Positions 26,021-36,025 are shown, numbered from the stretch's first letter. The stretch: DNA of 64,000 nt from an uncultured Gemmatimonadota bacterium (GCA_951812955.1 OX638340.1:1472001-1536000); one strand, 5' to 3'. The notes: generated by a model from the sequence alone, not told the origin. Made by a program: numbers and translations.

Positions 26021-27424
26021 TCAGGTTCCCGCGATCAATGCGCCGCCGAGGTCGATGTCCTGGAGCATGGTAGCATTGAAAGCGGCCTCGACCAGGCGGT
26101 GCTTCACTTCCTTATAGTCGGCGTCGTGCCACAGGTTCTCGAATTCCCAGGGGTCGTTCTCGAGGTCGAAGAGCTCGCCTTTGTCGTGGGTATGGTACAT
26201 CACCAGCTTGTACCGTTCGTCCCGGTACATGGTGGCATAGCTCAGTGGCTCGGCGGATACGGCGTCGTAGTACTCGGAACGGACGAAAGACCTGTGAAAT
26301 CCCGGATCCGCCTCCCCCTGCAGGATGGGCAGCAGGCTCCGGCCTTGAAAGGCCTTCGGCTGCTCTACGCCGGCCAGGTCGAGCATCGTTGCCGACATGT
26401 CGATCAACTCGACGAGCGCTTCGCTCCTGAGATCCGAACGCATCCGTCCGGGATGGGAGAAGATCAGCGGGACCCGCACCAGGCCTTCGTAAAACCGGCA
26501 TCCTTTCCAAAGCAGGCCGTGGTCGCCCAGGCATTCGCCGTGGTCGCTGGTGAAGATGATCACGGTGTCGTCCCGTTGTCCAGTCCGTTCGAGCTCGCGC
26601 AGGATTCGGGCGAACTGGTCGTCTACCTGCCGGATCATGGCGTAGTAGAGGGCCTGCTGCTTTTTACCGTCGAAGGCGTCGGGATGCCTCGACTCCGACT
26701 GGAAGAATACGTCGCGCAACTCCTCCTGCCGGGCCAGGTCGCTGTCGCGGAAATTGGGGCCGGGCATATCGGCCGGATCGAACTGATCGGCGTAGACCCG
26801 GGGTGGGATCAACGGTTCGTGGGGACTGTAGGGATTGAGCGTCAGCATCCAGGGCATACCGGGGTCTCGGGGCTGGTTGATGAACTCCAGGGCGCATTCG
26901 GTAACCCAGGTCGTCTGGTGGAGTTCGGGCGGCACCCTGCCTTCGCTGAATCGCAGGGCGTCGAGGTCGCCGCCGCGTTCGCGTACCCAGTCGCCGTAAT
27001 CATGGCCTTCCGGCCAGTCGTCCCGCGGCGCGTGGCTGAAGCGCCAGAACCGGTAGCCGTCGTCCATGCGGGGTTCTGTCCGCTTTCCCGCGCTCTGGAG
27101 GTGAAACTTGCCCGCCAGGCCGCAGTCATATCCGCTGTCTGCCAGCAATTTGGAGATCAGGGGAGGCGGATTCACAAAGGATCCGTTGCCGTTGCGGCAG
27201 TTGTGAATCCGCCCGGGGTACATGCCGGTCATGAAACTCGAGCGGCTGGGTGTGCAGATCGGACTCTGGCAGTACGCTCGCGTGAAAGCGACGCCTTCCT
27301 GCACCAGTCCGTCAAGCGCCGGCGTGCTCACGTGGGGATTACCGAGCGCGCCGATGGTGTCGAAACGCTGCTGATCCGTGCAGTACCAGAGTATGTTGGG
27401 GCGTGTGGGCATGTTGCTATGCAC
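26021..27424 (-). CDS. sulfatase (arylsulfatase family, formylglycine-dependent)
   Basis: CTPSRSSFMTGMYP is the sulfatase signature CxPSR. There is no obvious signal peptide. Confidence 0.9.
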   Translation of the reverse strand: MHSNMPTRPNILWYCTDQQRFDTIGALGNPHVSTPALDGLVQEGVAFTRAYCQSPICTPSRSSFMTGMYPGRIHNCRNGNGSFVNPPPLISKLLADSGYDCGLAGKFHLQSAGKRTEPRMDDGYRFWRFSHAPRDDWPEGHDYGDWVRERGGDLDALRFSEGRVPPELHQTTWVTECALEFINQPRDPGMPWMLTLNPYSPHEPLIPPRVYADQFDPADMPGPNFRDSDLARQEELRDVFFQSESRHPDAFDGKKQQALYYAMIRQVDDQFARILRELERTGQRDDTVIIFTSDHGECLGDHGLLWKGCRFYEGLVRVPLIFSHPGRMRSDLRSEALVELIDMSATMLDLAGVEQPKAFQGRSLLPILQGEADPGFHRSFVRSEYYDAVSAEPLSYATMYRDERYKLVMYHTHDKGELFDLENDPWEFENLWHDADYKEVKHRLVEAAFNATMLQDIDLGGALIAGT

Positions 27425-27439
27425 CCGCCGCCTTGAATC

Positions 27440-28030
27440 CTATTGGGCGGGCTGCGTGGTGGCTTCCTCTCCGCCCATGGATGCGTCCGAATCGCCGTCT
27501 TCCATTTCCTCTTCGCCCATGTCGCCTTCATCCATGTCGCCTTCGCCCATGTCGCCTTCACCTTCACCCATGTCGCCCTCGCCCATATCCATTTCCGGGG
27601 CGTCGGCGGCCATGACGTGCAACATATCGCCCACCGCGGCGCCGATTTCGGTCGCGGCATTTCCGCCGTTGATGGCGATCTGAAGCGTGCCGGACTCCTC
27701 GTCCATCCGGGCGAGCCAGGCGCCTTCGGCCACGTCGCCATAATCCACGACCATCGGCATGACGAGGGTCTGTTCGTTATGGGTTATCGAAATCCAGCCG
27801 TCCGAGGCGAAACCGGCTTCCGTCAACTGATCGCTCGTGGCGTTCGTATTGATGTTGGCGAATTCCTCGCTAATGCTGGAGACTTCGACGTTGATCATGG
27901 CAACGTCCGCTGCCATCTCCTCGGTTGCCGCCTCTTCCATGGCCGTTTCTTCGGTCTCGGCTCCGCCGCAGCCGTACAGACCGAACGCGCCGACCATACA
28001 GGCCAACAGGTATGATGTAAGTCGTTTCAT
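27440..28030 (-). CDS. lipoprotein with a C-terminal acidic Met/Gly/Glu/Asp repeat tail
   Basis: Lipobox LYGCGG starts at ATG 28030. The C-terminus is MGEGDMGEGEGDMGEGDMDEGDMGEEEMEDGD, encoded by 15-bp tandem DNA repeats at 27480-27600. The track ORF has a spurious 59-aa N-terminal extension. Confidence 0.6.
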   Translation of the reverse strand: MKRLTSYLLACMVGAFGLYGCGGAETEETAMEEAATEEMAADVAMINVEVSSISEEFANINTNATSDQLTEAGFASDGWISITHNEQTLVMPMVVDYGDVAEGAWLARMDEESGTLQIAINGGNAATEIGAAVGDMLHVMAADAPEMDMGEGDMGEGEGDMGEGDMDEGDMGEEEMEDGDSDASMGGEEATTQPAQ

Positions 28031-28213
28031 GATCTTGTTCCTTTCACGTGGAAACCCGCATCGCGGATCAAGTGGTAGAAAAGGCACACAAATTGGTAGA
28101 GGTGGATCGGAATGTTCTGCTTTCCAGGACGTTCGGAATACATCTTTTCTTATGTATATTTCAATTTTAAAGTGTCCGCAACCACAATTCTCAAGAAATT
28201 GCGGCAAAACGCG

Positions 28214-29047
28214 TCAGCCGGCGGATCGCTCGGCGGCCGGTTCGGCGGAGGCGGCCTGCTCAGCGGAGGCGGCGAGATCCGCCCACTGCCTGCGCCCCAC
28301 TTCCCTGACCCGGCCGTCGTCCCACTTTTCAAGGGGCCGGTAGGACGGGTGGCCCGGACGGTCCTGGCAGGGATTGTGCCGGGTGTTGTAGCAGCAGATG
28401 AGGCTCCACCGCGGGTCGTCGCTCTCGTTGGGATCCGACCTGTGTAGCACGTTCGCGTGGAAGAACAGCGCGGTCCCGGGCGACATTTCGCAATACACGT
28501 GGTCCAGGTGCTCCAGCGCGAGTTCCACCCGCTTCGGGTCGGCCCCCACCTGCGTACCGTACCGGCCGTGCTCGATCCTTCCCAGGCGGTGCGAACCCCG
28601 GATGACCTGGAGGCACCCGTTCGCCCTGTGGGCCCGGTCCACCGCGATGTAGCAACTGGCCATGTCGGGATACAGCGCCTGGTTGTGGTACCAGTAGCCG
28701 TAGTCCTGGTGCCACTCCCAGGCTCCGCCGACGCGGGGTTCCTTGACCATCATCTTGTAATGGTACAGGTAGATCTCGTCGCCCATGAGCCGTTCCATCG
28801 TGTCGACCATCCGCCGGCCGTGGCAGATAGCGTTGTAGATATCCTCGCGGTCCGTGTCCGACGTCAGCCACAACTTGCTTTCGCGGCCCTCGGTATCCTC
28901 GGCTGCGCGTACGAGCGAGGCCTTCTCCCCGTCGGTACGGCCGACACTGAGCAGGAGTTCCATTTCCTCCTCGTCGTAGAGGCCTTCCACCATCAGGTAG
29001 CCGTCTTCCCGGAATTGCCTTTCATGTTCTTCGGTTAGACGGAACAT
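28214..29047 (-). CDS. phytanoyl-CoA dioxygenase (PhyH) family Fe(II)/2-oxoglutarate oxygenase
   Basis: The WHQDYGYW and HANVLHRSDPNES motifs. Confidence 0.8.
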   Translation of the reverse strand: MFRLTEEHERQFREDGYLMVEGLYDEEEMELLLSVGRTDGEKASLVRAAEDTEGRESKLWLTSDTDREDIYNAICHGRRMVDTMERLMGDEIYLYHYKMMVKEPRVGGAWEWHQDYGYWYHNQALYPDMASCYIAVDRAHRANGCLQVIRGSHRLGRIEHGRYGTQVGADPKRVELALEHLDHVYCEMSPGTALFFHANVLHRSDPNESDDPRWSLICCYNTRHNPCQDRPGHPSYRPLEKWDDGRVREVGRRQWADLAASAEQAASAEPAAERSAG

Positions 29048-29135
29048 GGTATGCTCCCCGTTTGACCTTTGCGGTTTGCTCTAGATCTGCCCTTTGCGGA
29101 TGTATCGGTCGACGGCATGCACGGCAATGCAACGC

Positions 29136-30371
29136 CTACGCCCCGATGCGGGCGCGGTGGCGCCGTTCGACGTGGTGCGCGACCGAGCGGCACACCCGGG
29201 AGATGCCCTCGCCGATGAGCGACTGGTCCAGGAAGCTGTAGCACAGTCGGAACTGGTTCGCTCCCCGGCCGTCGGTATAGAACGAAGGGCCGGCTACGTA
29301 GGCCACCTTTTCGTTTTCCACGGCCCAGGTCAGCATAGCGGTGGAATCGATCCCCTCGGGCGCGGTCAGCCACACGTAGAATCCCCCGTCCGGACGGGTC
29401 CAGGTCATGCCGGGCGGGGCATGTTCCGCGAGCGCTTCCAGGGTGACGTTGCGTTTGGCCTGGTAGAGCGCCCTGGACAGCACGATCTGGGAGTCCATCA
29501 ATCCCTGGCGGCCGTATTCGTAGACGATGCGCTGCCCGAGGGTGCTGGAACACTGGTCGCTGCCCAGTTTCGCCTGGCACAACTGGTTGACCACGGCCGG
29601 CGGCGCCGCAATCCAGCCGAGGCGGATACCTGGCCCGAAGATTTTAGAGAAGGTGCTGACAAACAATACACCGTCGGGATTCAGCGCTTTGAGCGATGGA
29701 GGCGGCGGGTGATCGAAGTAGAGTTCCGCGTAGGCGTGGTCTTCCAGGATGGGGATGTTGTGCCTGTCGGCCAGGCCGACCAGCTTCCGGCGCCTTTCCA
29801 GGGGCATGGTCACGCCGCCCGGATTCTGAAAAGTCGGCATGGTGTAGATCAGCTTGGCGCGCTTGCCCCGGCGTTCCAGTTCCCCCAGCCGTTCTTCCAG
29901 GAGGTCCACGCGCATTCCCTCGTCGTCGATATCCACCGCGACGAATTCCACGTCATAACACCGGAACACCGAAAAAGCAGTCAGGTAGGTGGGGGCTTCC
30001 ACGATGACGATATCGCCAGGATTGAGCAGGGTCTTGGCGATAAGGTCCATCGCCTCGATCCCGCCCGTGGTGACCAGGATGTCGTCCACGCCGGCGGTTA
30101 CGCCCTCGACGGGGCCCATGCGATGGGCGATCCACTCCCTGAGGGCCGTGTACCCCGCCGTGGGGCCGTATTGCAGCGACATGCTGCCGTGTGTATCGAA
30201 GACCTGGACGGCGACTTCCTTCATCGCTTCCATGGGAAACGTGGCAGCGTCGGGCAGGCCGCCGGCAAAGGAAAGCACGTCTGGCCGTTCCGCCAGCTTG
30301 AGAAGCTCAATGACCGCGGTATCGCCCAAGAGATCCATACGGTCCGCATATACATCCCGCCAGTCCATCAA
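29136..30371 (-). CDS. PLP-dependent aminotransferase class I/II (2-aminoadipate / aromatic aminotransferase-like)
   Basis: TTGGIEAMDL ... IYTMPTFQNPGG ... FVSTFSKIFGPGIRLGW. The lysine in SKI is the expected PLP site. Length is 411 aa. Confidence 0.85.
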   Translation of the reverse strand: MMDWRDVYADRMDLLGDTAVIELLKLAERPDVLSFAGGLPDAATFPMEAMKEVAVQVFDTHGSMSLQYGPTAGYTALREWIAHRMGPVEGVTAGVDDILVTTGGIEAMDLIAKTLLNPGDIVIVEAPTYLTAFSVFRCYDVEFVAVDIDDEGMRVDLLEERLGELERRGKRAKLIYTMPTFQNPGGVTMPLERRRKLVGLADRHNIPILEDHAYAELYFDHPPPPSLKALNPDGVLFVSTFSKIFGPGIRLGWIAAPPAVVNQLCQAKLGSDQCSSTLGQRIVYEYGRQGLMDSQIVLSRALYQAKRNVTLEALAEHAPPGMTWTRPDGGFYVWLTAPEGIDSTAMLTWAVENEKVAYVAGPSFYTDGRGANQFRLCYSFLDQSLIGEGISRVCRSVAHHVERRHRARIGA

Positions 30372-30641
30372 CTACCTCCTGCGCCAGTGCAGTTATGACT
30401 CGTAACGAATTACAGCCGGCCTCGCGTCCGCCGATCGGCATGGACGCCCGGCCGGCCGTCAGATACCACGGGCGAGGCGTTTATTCAGCATGCCGCGCGC
30501 GTTCATTATGGTACGATCCGGACGGCGTGAAAACAAGGCCAAATTTACTTGACACGGACGGGAATCCATGCCTTATCATGGCGAACCGTTTGCGTTCATG
30601 GTGTTCCACCACGCACAACCCCCGCACCGTGAGGAAAACAC

Positions 30642-30899
30642 ATGGCAGAGGACAGCCGGGTCGTAGCCAGTTTCCAGAAAAACAGCCAGGAAGAGTTCCG
30701 CTTCACGATCACGTCTTTCCGGGGCAAAGAATATGCCGATATCCGGATCTATTACGAGAATGACGGCGATTTCCTGCCCAGCAGGAAGGGCATCACCGTC
30801 TCTCCGGATGCATGGGAGTCGTTCAGGTCCTGCCTCGACGAACTGGAGTCGGAACTCAAGGAGCGCAACCTGCTCAAAGCCGACGAAGGCGAAGGCTGA
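30642..30899 (+). CDS. PC4/Sub1-like (YdbC-type) ssDNA-binding protein
   Basis: VVASFQKNSQEEFRFTITSFRGKEYADIRIYYENDGDFLPSRKGITVSPDAWESF fits the bacterial PC4-like pattern. Confidence 0.55.
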   Translation: MAEDSRVVASFQKNSQEEFRFTITSFRGKEYADIRIYYENDGDFLPSRKGITVSPDAWESFRSCLDELESELKERNLLKADEGEG

Positions 30900-31041
30900 T
30901 CAGGGACGGTATCGTTTCACGGACGCCCAGTCTCCGGGCACTGACGGTCCGGTCCATGGCCCTCCCCTCCCGGGGCGCCGGTCGCTCGTGGCCGGTTCGG
31001 GCCCTGGCTGTCGCAGGCGCCAGACCGCCGCAGGCCGTTTT

Positions 31042-32268
31042 CTAGCCCACCCGGTGCCCTTCCCCCGCGAGAAAGCACTCGGGGTCGTGGCGGATGGGAA
31101 GATAACCCGTGCTCATGAGGAATTCGCCGACGATCTCGGGTCCCATGAAACGGAAAGTCTTCCTGAATACAGCAACCCATTCGTCCAGCGAAACGCAGGT
31201 CTGGCCGTTCAGCCAGGCCACGAATGAACCGTGGTCCCGCCTGATCTCCTGGATGACCCGGGCGTTGTGGATGGCCGCGTCGATCTTGAGCCGGTTCCGG
31301 ATGATGCCCGCGTCCCCCAGCAGTCGCGAGCGATCCTCGTCGTCATAGGCCGCCACACGGTCCACGTCGAACCCGTCGAAGGCCTCCCGCAATGCCTTCC
31401 GTTTCTTCAGCACCGTCAACCAGCTCAGCCCCGCCTGGTTTATCTCCAGCACGAGCCGCTCCAAGAGATCCTCGTCCCGGGTCAGGGGGAAACCGTACTC
31501 GTCGTCGTGGTAGGCGGCCAGTACCGGATCCTTCCGCGTCCAGGCGCAACGACGCCGCTCGTCGGCCCCTTCGGTGAACTCGCCTGTCCGATAGGGGTGG
31601 ATGTCCACCCCGGTAATCCATGCCTCGGGCAAGTGGCGCGCGCAGTTCATCAGGGCGAGTTGGGTATAGGTTGGCGTGATGATGAAACGGGTGACGGAGG
31701 TGTTCGCGAACCAGTAGATTCGATCTTGTCCCATACCCGGGGTATCCAGAATCACACCCACAAGGAAGCGCATGAACGCCCCGTGCGTAACCAGGACGAC
31801 ACGTTCCCCGGTAAGGCCGAAATCTTCGTGGATCCTCCGGTTGACCCGCTCCGCACGCGCCTGGGCCGATTCGTAATCCTCCCAGGGCCGGCACTTCCAC
31901 CAACCCTCCTCGTCGAACCCGTCATCGAGGCGGACTCCCGGAAAACCATGCTCGATCTCCGACCGTTTCATGCCGGGTCTACCCTCGTAGTCCGCATTGC
32001 CCGCACCGGCCTGGACCCCGCCCTGTTCGTGGAGGTCGATCCACGCTTCCACGGACTGGCCCGTCTCGCGTATATACGGCGCGATGGTTTCCAGGGTGCG
32101 AAGGAAGGGACTGACGAAGATGCGGGTCGGACGGATGTGGCGGATGCGGTTCACGAGGTATTCCGCCTGACGGTATCCGAGCGCGGACAGGGTGGGATCA
32201 TCGGTGCGTTCTTCCTGCGGCCGGGCGTTGTTCTCGGATTCCGCGTGGCGGATGATGTAAAGTTCCAT
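31042..32268 (-). CDS. tag: fusion protein: histidine phosphatase (PGAM superfamily) N-domain plus DNA-3-methyladenine glycosylase I (Tag) C-domain
   Basis: The N-terminus LYIIRHAESENN is the RHG catalytic motif; start is ATG 32268. The C-terminus is AWTRKDPVLAAYHDDEYGFP ... QAGLSWLTVLKKRKALREAFDGFD ... GIIRNRLKIDAAIHNARV, which is Tag. It is a single continuous ORF. The track ORF carries a 59-aa spurious N-terminal extension. Confidence 0.75.
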   Translation of the reverse strand: MELYIIRHAESENNARPQEERTDDPTLSALGYRQAEYLVNRIRHIRPTRIFVSPFLRTLETIAPYIRETGQSVEAWIDLHEQGGVQAGAGNADYEGRPGMKRSEIEHGFPGVRLDDGFDEEGWWKCRPWEDYESAQARAERVNRRIHEDFGLTGERVVLVTHGAFMRFLVGVILDTPGMGQDRIYWFANTSVTRFIITPTYTQLALMNCARHLPEAWITGVDIHPYRTGEFTEGADERRRCAWTRKDPVLAAYHDDEYGFPLTRDEDLLERLVLEINQAGLSWLTVLKKRKALREAFDGFDVDRVAAYDDEDRSRLLGDAGIIRNRLKIDAAIHNARVIQEIRRDHGSFVAWLNGQTCVSLDEWVAVFRKTFRFMGPEIVGEFLMSTGYLPIRHDPECFLAGEGHRVG

Positions 32269-32567
32269 TGGGTCGGGCAGTCTTTCTCCTGGCCGGTTGC
32301 CGGCTGCGGTTGAAGGGTCGAGGACGGCGCCGCTGCGTGCCCTGAAGCGACGCGTTTCCGGCACGTCGAACTCGCTATCCGCGCATACATCCGCGTGCCG
32401 TCCTCCTGAACCTCCGTAAGGTACATTCCAGGTCCCTGCGTTCAAAGGAAAACGTTTGACAGGCCTGCTGCTGCGGGTTAAGGTTTGCTTTCGCGTCTAA
32501 ACGGTTCGAACGGCCCGAATGGTCGGGCAGATCCGAACAGTTGGCACCTCTACAGGAGCGCGCTCAG

Positions 32568-33677
32568 ATGGACGGGTCCGATCGGCCCTATGTCGAATAC
32601 CGCAAGGTCAGCAAGAGCTACGACGGAAAGTCCACTGTAGTCGACGGCGTGGACCTGGACATCCGCAAGGGAGAGTTCCTGACCCTCCTGGGGCCTTCCG
32701 GTTCGGGCAAGACCACCTGCCTCATGATGCTGGCCGGCTTCGAGTCGCTTACCTCCGGCGAAATCCGCGTGAACGGCCGCTCCATCCAGAATCTGCCGCC
32801 CCGCAAACGCGGTATCGGCATGGTGTTCCAGAACTACGCCCTCTTCCCCCACATGACGGTAGGGGACAATCTCGCCTTCCCACTCGAGGTCCGCGGCGTG
32901 GACCGCAAGGCGTGCCGCGACCGGGTGGAACGCGCCCTGCAACTGGTCCGCCTCGAAGGTTACGAAGACCGGCGCCCCAGTCAGTTGTCCGGGGGGCAGC
33001 AGCAGCGCGTGGCCATTGCCCGCGCCCTGGTATTCGATCCAGAACTGGTGCTCATGGACGAACCCCTCGGCGCTTTGGACCGCCGGCTCCGCGAGGAGAT
33101 GCAGTACGAGATCCGCCGGATCCACAAGACGCTGGGCGTCACGGTCGTTTACGTCACCCACGACCAACAGGAAGCCATGGTCATGTCGGACCGCATCGCC
33201 GTGCTCCGCGACGGCAGAATCGAACAGGTGGCCGATCCCGAGACGCTCTACGAGGAGCCGCAGCGTTCCTTCGTGGCCCGATTCATAGGGGAGAACAACC
33301 GCCTGCACGGCAAGGTACTGAACGTGGACGGCGAGATCTGCGAAGTGGACGTGGACGGCGAGGTCGTCCGGGCGATCCGCATCGCGCCCTGCCAGGCCGG
33401 CGACCCGACTACGCTTTCCATACGCCCGGAGCGTGTGGCGGTCACCCCGGAACCCGGTCTGTACACCAACGAACTGGACGCCCTGATCGAAGACATCACG
33501 TTCCTCGGCGACTACCTGCGAATACACGTTTCGGTGTGCGGCACGTCGGACTTCGTCATCAAGATACCCAATATCGTCGGACACGGCGCCCTGCTGGCAG
33601 GCGATCGGATCCGCATCGGCTGGACGCCGACCGACTGCCGGGTGCTCGACCCGGAAACAGAAGGAGAAGTGGTATGA
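32568..33677 (+). CDS. ABC transporter ATP-binding protein (PotA/FbpC-type, with a C-terminal TOBE domain)
   Basis: Walker A GPSGSGKTT, signature LSGGQQQRVAIARAL, Walker B LVLMDEPLGALD. AGGAG lies 9 nt before ATG 32568. Confidence 0.9.
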   Translation: MDGSDRPYVEYRKVSKSYDGKSTVVDGVDLDIRKGEFLTLLGPSGSGKTTCLMMLAGFESLTSGEIRVNGRSIQNLPPRKRGIGMVFQNYALFPHMTVGDNLAFPLEVRGVDRKACRDRVERALQLVRLEGYEDRRPSQLSGGQQQRVAIARALVFDPELVLMDEPLGALDRRLREEMQYEIRRIHKTLGVTVVYVTHDQQEAMVMSDRIAVLRDGRIEQVADPETLYEEPQRSFVARFIGENNRLHGKVLNVDGEICEVDVDGEVVRAIRIAPCQAGDPTTLSIRPERVAVTPEPGLYTNELDALIEDITFLGDYLRIHVSVCGTSDFVIKIPNIVGHGALLAGDRIRIGWTPTDCRVLDPETEGEVV

Positions 33678-34777
33678 CGAGAAAGACATCCATGCGCCGT
33701 ATCCTGGTACCTGGCCTGGCCGCACTGGTCCTGCTGCTTGGCGGACGCGCCGCCGCGCAGGATCAATCGCTGACGCTGGTCAGCTGGGGTGGCGCATACA
33801 CCCGCGCCTGCGTGAACGGATATATCGAACGTTTCGAACAGGAAACCGGGATTGACGTTAAGATCGAAGATTATAATGGCGGCCTGGCGCAGATACGTGC
33901 CCAGGTCGACGTGGGCAACGTGTACTGGGACGTCGTCGACATGGAACTCCCCGACATGGTTCGAGGCTGCGACGAGGGTCTCCTCGCCCCGATCGACATC
34001 GATGAAATGGCCCCCGGCGCCGACGGAACCCCGGCGGCGGACGATCTGCCCGAAGACGGGATCACGGAATGCGGTCCGACCAACATATACTATTCGACGG
34101 TCGTCGTGTACAACGACGGGCGGATCGGAGCAACGAAACCCACCACCATCGCCGATTTCTTCGACCTGGAGAAGTTTCCGGGCAGGCGGGGCATGCGCCG
34201 CTCCCCGCTGGCCAATCTCGAGTTCGCCCTGATGGCCGACGGCGTGCCGCTGGACCAGGTCTACGCCACGCTGGATACGGAAGCGGGCGTCGGCCGGGCT
34301 TTTCGTAAGCTGGATACCATCAAAGACCAGATCGTCTGGTGGGAAGCGGGAGCGCAGCCGCCCCAGATGCTGGCCGACGGCGAAGTGGTCATGACTACGG
34401 CGTACAACGGACGGATTTTCAACGCCCAGAACCTGGAAGGACAGCCCTTCGTCATTGTATGGGACGGCCAGTTGCTTGATACGGGGGGTGTCGTCATTGT
34501 TGAAGGCACGAGGAACCTGGAGGCCGCGAAGATGTTCGTCCGTTTCGCCAATACCGCGCGGGCCATGGCCGGTGTCGGCCGGTATATCTCCTACAGTCCC
34601 ACGCGCCGTTCCGCCATGCCCTTGATCTCGACACACGCCGAAACCGGCATCGATATGAGTCCCCACATGCCGACCAGCCCCGAAAATGCGGCCCGCGCCC
34701 TGCACAACGACTGGGAATGGTGGAGCGACAACGGCGAAGAAATGAACGAGCGTTTCAGCACGTGGCTGGCACGGTGA
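33674..34777 (+). CDS. ABC transporter periplasmic substrate-binding protein (PotD/PotF-like, SBP family 1)
   Basis: ATGA overlap with the potA stop, an AAGGAG ribosome-binding site, and signal peptide ILVPGLAALVLLLGGRAAAQ. The 752-aa track ORF 32519-34777 is a frame artefact. Confidence 0.85.
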   Translation: MTRKTSMRRILVPGLAALVLLLGGRAAAQDQSLTLVSWGGAYTRACVNGYIERFEQETGIDVKIEDYNGGLAQIRAQVDVGNVYWDVVDMELPDMVRGCDEGLLAPIDIDEMAPGADGTPAADDLPEDGITECGPTNIYYSTVVVYNDGRIGATKPTTIADFFDLEKFPGRRGMRRSPLANLEFALMADGVPLDQVYATLDTEAGVGRAFRKLDTIKDQIVWWEAGAQPPQMLADGEVVMTTAYNGRIFNAQNLEGQPFVIVWDGQLLDTGGVVIVEGTRNLEAAKMFVRFANTARAMAGVGRYISYSPTRRSAMPLISTHAETGIDMSPHMPTSPENAARALHNDWEWWSDNGEEMNERFSTWLAR

Positions 34778-34804
34778 ACGTAACGGATACGGAAACTTCT
34801 CTCG

Positions 34805-36025
34805 ATGAGCGAGAATCCTGAGCAACAGATCGGACGCCTCAAGCCCGGTCCCCGGCTGCGCGCTGCGTTGCTGGTGCTGCCGCTCATGGCCTTCATCGGG
34901 GTGACCTTCCTCGCGCCCCTGGCGAACATGCTCGTCCGCAGCGTCTACGACCCGGTGGTCGCCGACGCGCTCCCGGAGACGCTTGAAAGACTGCGCGCCT
35001 GGGACGGTCAGGGTCTCCCCGGCGAAGCTGCCTATGAAGCACTGGCAGGTGAACTGCTGAAAGCCCGGGAGGACCGCAAACTCGGCCAGGTCGCCACGCG
35101 GCTCAACCGGGTGCAGAGCGGATTGCGCAGCGTGCTCACGCGCAGCGCCCGGAGGCTGAGGAACGTCGACGAAGGTCCGTGGTCCGGTGCCATGATGAAC
35201 ATCCACGCGGCCTGGGGAGAAACCGGGACCTGGCGCGCGTTGCGCGAGGCCGGGGAACGTTACACTTCACGCCACTACCTGAACGCGCTCGATCTGCAGC
35301 GCGATTCCGGCGGGTCCATCGTCCCCCAGCCGGAAGACCGGCGGATCTACCTCACCCTTTTCTGGCGGACCCTGCTCGTGAGCCTGGGGGTGACCGCCCT
35401 CTGCCTTCTCATCGGCTACCCCGTCGCCCGCCTGATCGCCCACGCCCCGCCAAAAAGGGCCTACCTGCTCCTGATCCTCGTCCTCGTGCCCTTCTGGACC
35501 TCCTTGCTCGTGCGCACGACTTCGTGGATCGTGCTCTTGCAGAACCAGGGCGTCCTCAATGACATGCTCGTATTCCTGGGCATCATCGGCGACGACGGCC
35601 GGATCGCCATGATCTACAACATGACCGGTACCTTCGTGGCCATGACCCACGTGCTGCTTCCCTTCATGGTGCTGCCGCTCTACTCGGTCATGAGCGCCAT
35701 TCCACGAGTGCAGACGAGTGCGGCAGAGTCGCTGGGCGCTACCCCGTGGCAGTCGTTCTGGCGCGTGTACTGGCCCCAGACTTTGCCCGGCGTAGGCGCC
35801 GGTTCCCTACTCGTATTCATCCTCGCCATCGGGTATTACATCACGCCGGCCCTGGTGGGCGGCAGCACGGGACAACTTATCTCCAACATGATCGCCTTCC
35901 ACATGCAGTCGTCTCTCAACTGGAGTCTCGCGGCGGCGCTGGGCGGCATCCTGCTGGTGTGCGTGGCGGGGTTGTACGTGCTATACGACCGGCTCGTGGG
36001 CATCGAACGGATGAGGCTGGGCTGA
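34805..36025 (+). CDS. ABC transporter permease (PotB/PotH-like) with an extended N-terminal periplasmic region
   Basis: 406 aa. The permease core with the EAA-like loop is at residues 190-400. Confidence 0.8.
   Translation: MSENPEQQIGRLKPGPRLRAALLVLPLMAFIGVTFLAPLANMLVRSVYDPVVADALPETLERLRAWDGQGLPGEAAYEALAGELLKAREDRKLGQVATRLNRVQSGLRSVLTRSARRLRNVDEGPWSGAMMNIHAAWGETGTWRALREAGERYTSRHYLNALDLQRDSGGSIVPQPEDRRIYLTLFWRTLLVSLGVTALCLLIGYPVARLIAHAPPKRAYLLLILVLVPFWTSLLVRTTSWIVLLQNQGVLNDMLVFLGIIGDDGRIAMIYNMTGTFVAMTHVLLPFMVLPLYSVMSAIPRVQTSAAESLGATPWQSFWRVYWPQTLPGVGAGSLLVFILAIGYYITPALVGGSTGQLISNMIAFHMQSSLNWSLAAALGGILLVCVAGLYVLYDRLVGIERMRLG

Noticed and set aside
26099-27436. 445-aa plus-strand ORF
   Set aside because: It is antisense to the sulfatase gene, whose CxPSR signature fixes the true strand.
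27440-28207. Track ORF start for the lipoprotein (and similarly 18267-20441, 31042-32445, 20465-21583, 47450-48829, 49928-50398)
   Set aside because: The longest-ORF starts add N-terminal extensions lacking ribosome-binding sites, or place the signal peptide internally. Starts were moved to ATGs with Shine-Dalgarno support or family-consistent N-termini.
32519-34777. 752-aa plus-strand ORF
   Set aside because: It is a merged read-through. The first roughly 385 aa are Arg/Pro-rich out-of-frame translation of the potA gene. The real gene is the substrate-binding protein starting at the ATGA overlap at 33674.
33512-35206. 564-aa minus-strand ORF
   Set aside because: It is antisense to the substrate-binding-protein and permease genes of the ABC operon, which show ATGA coupling and Walker motifs on the plus strand.
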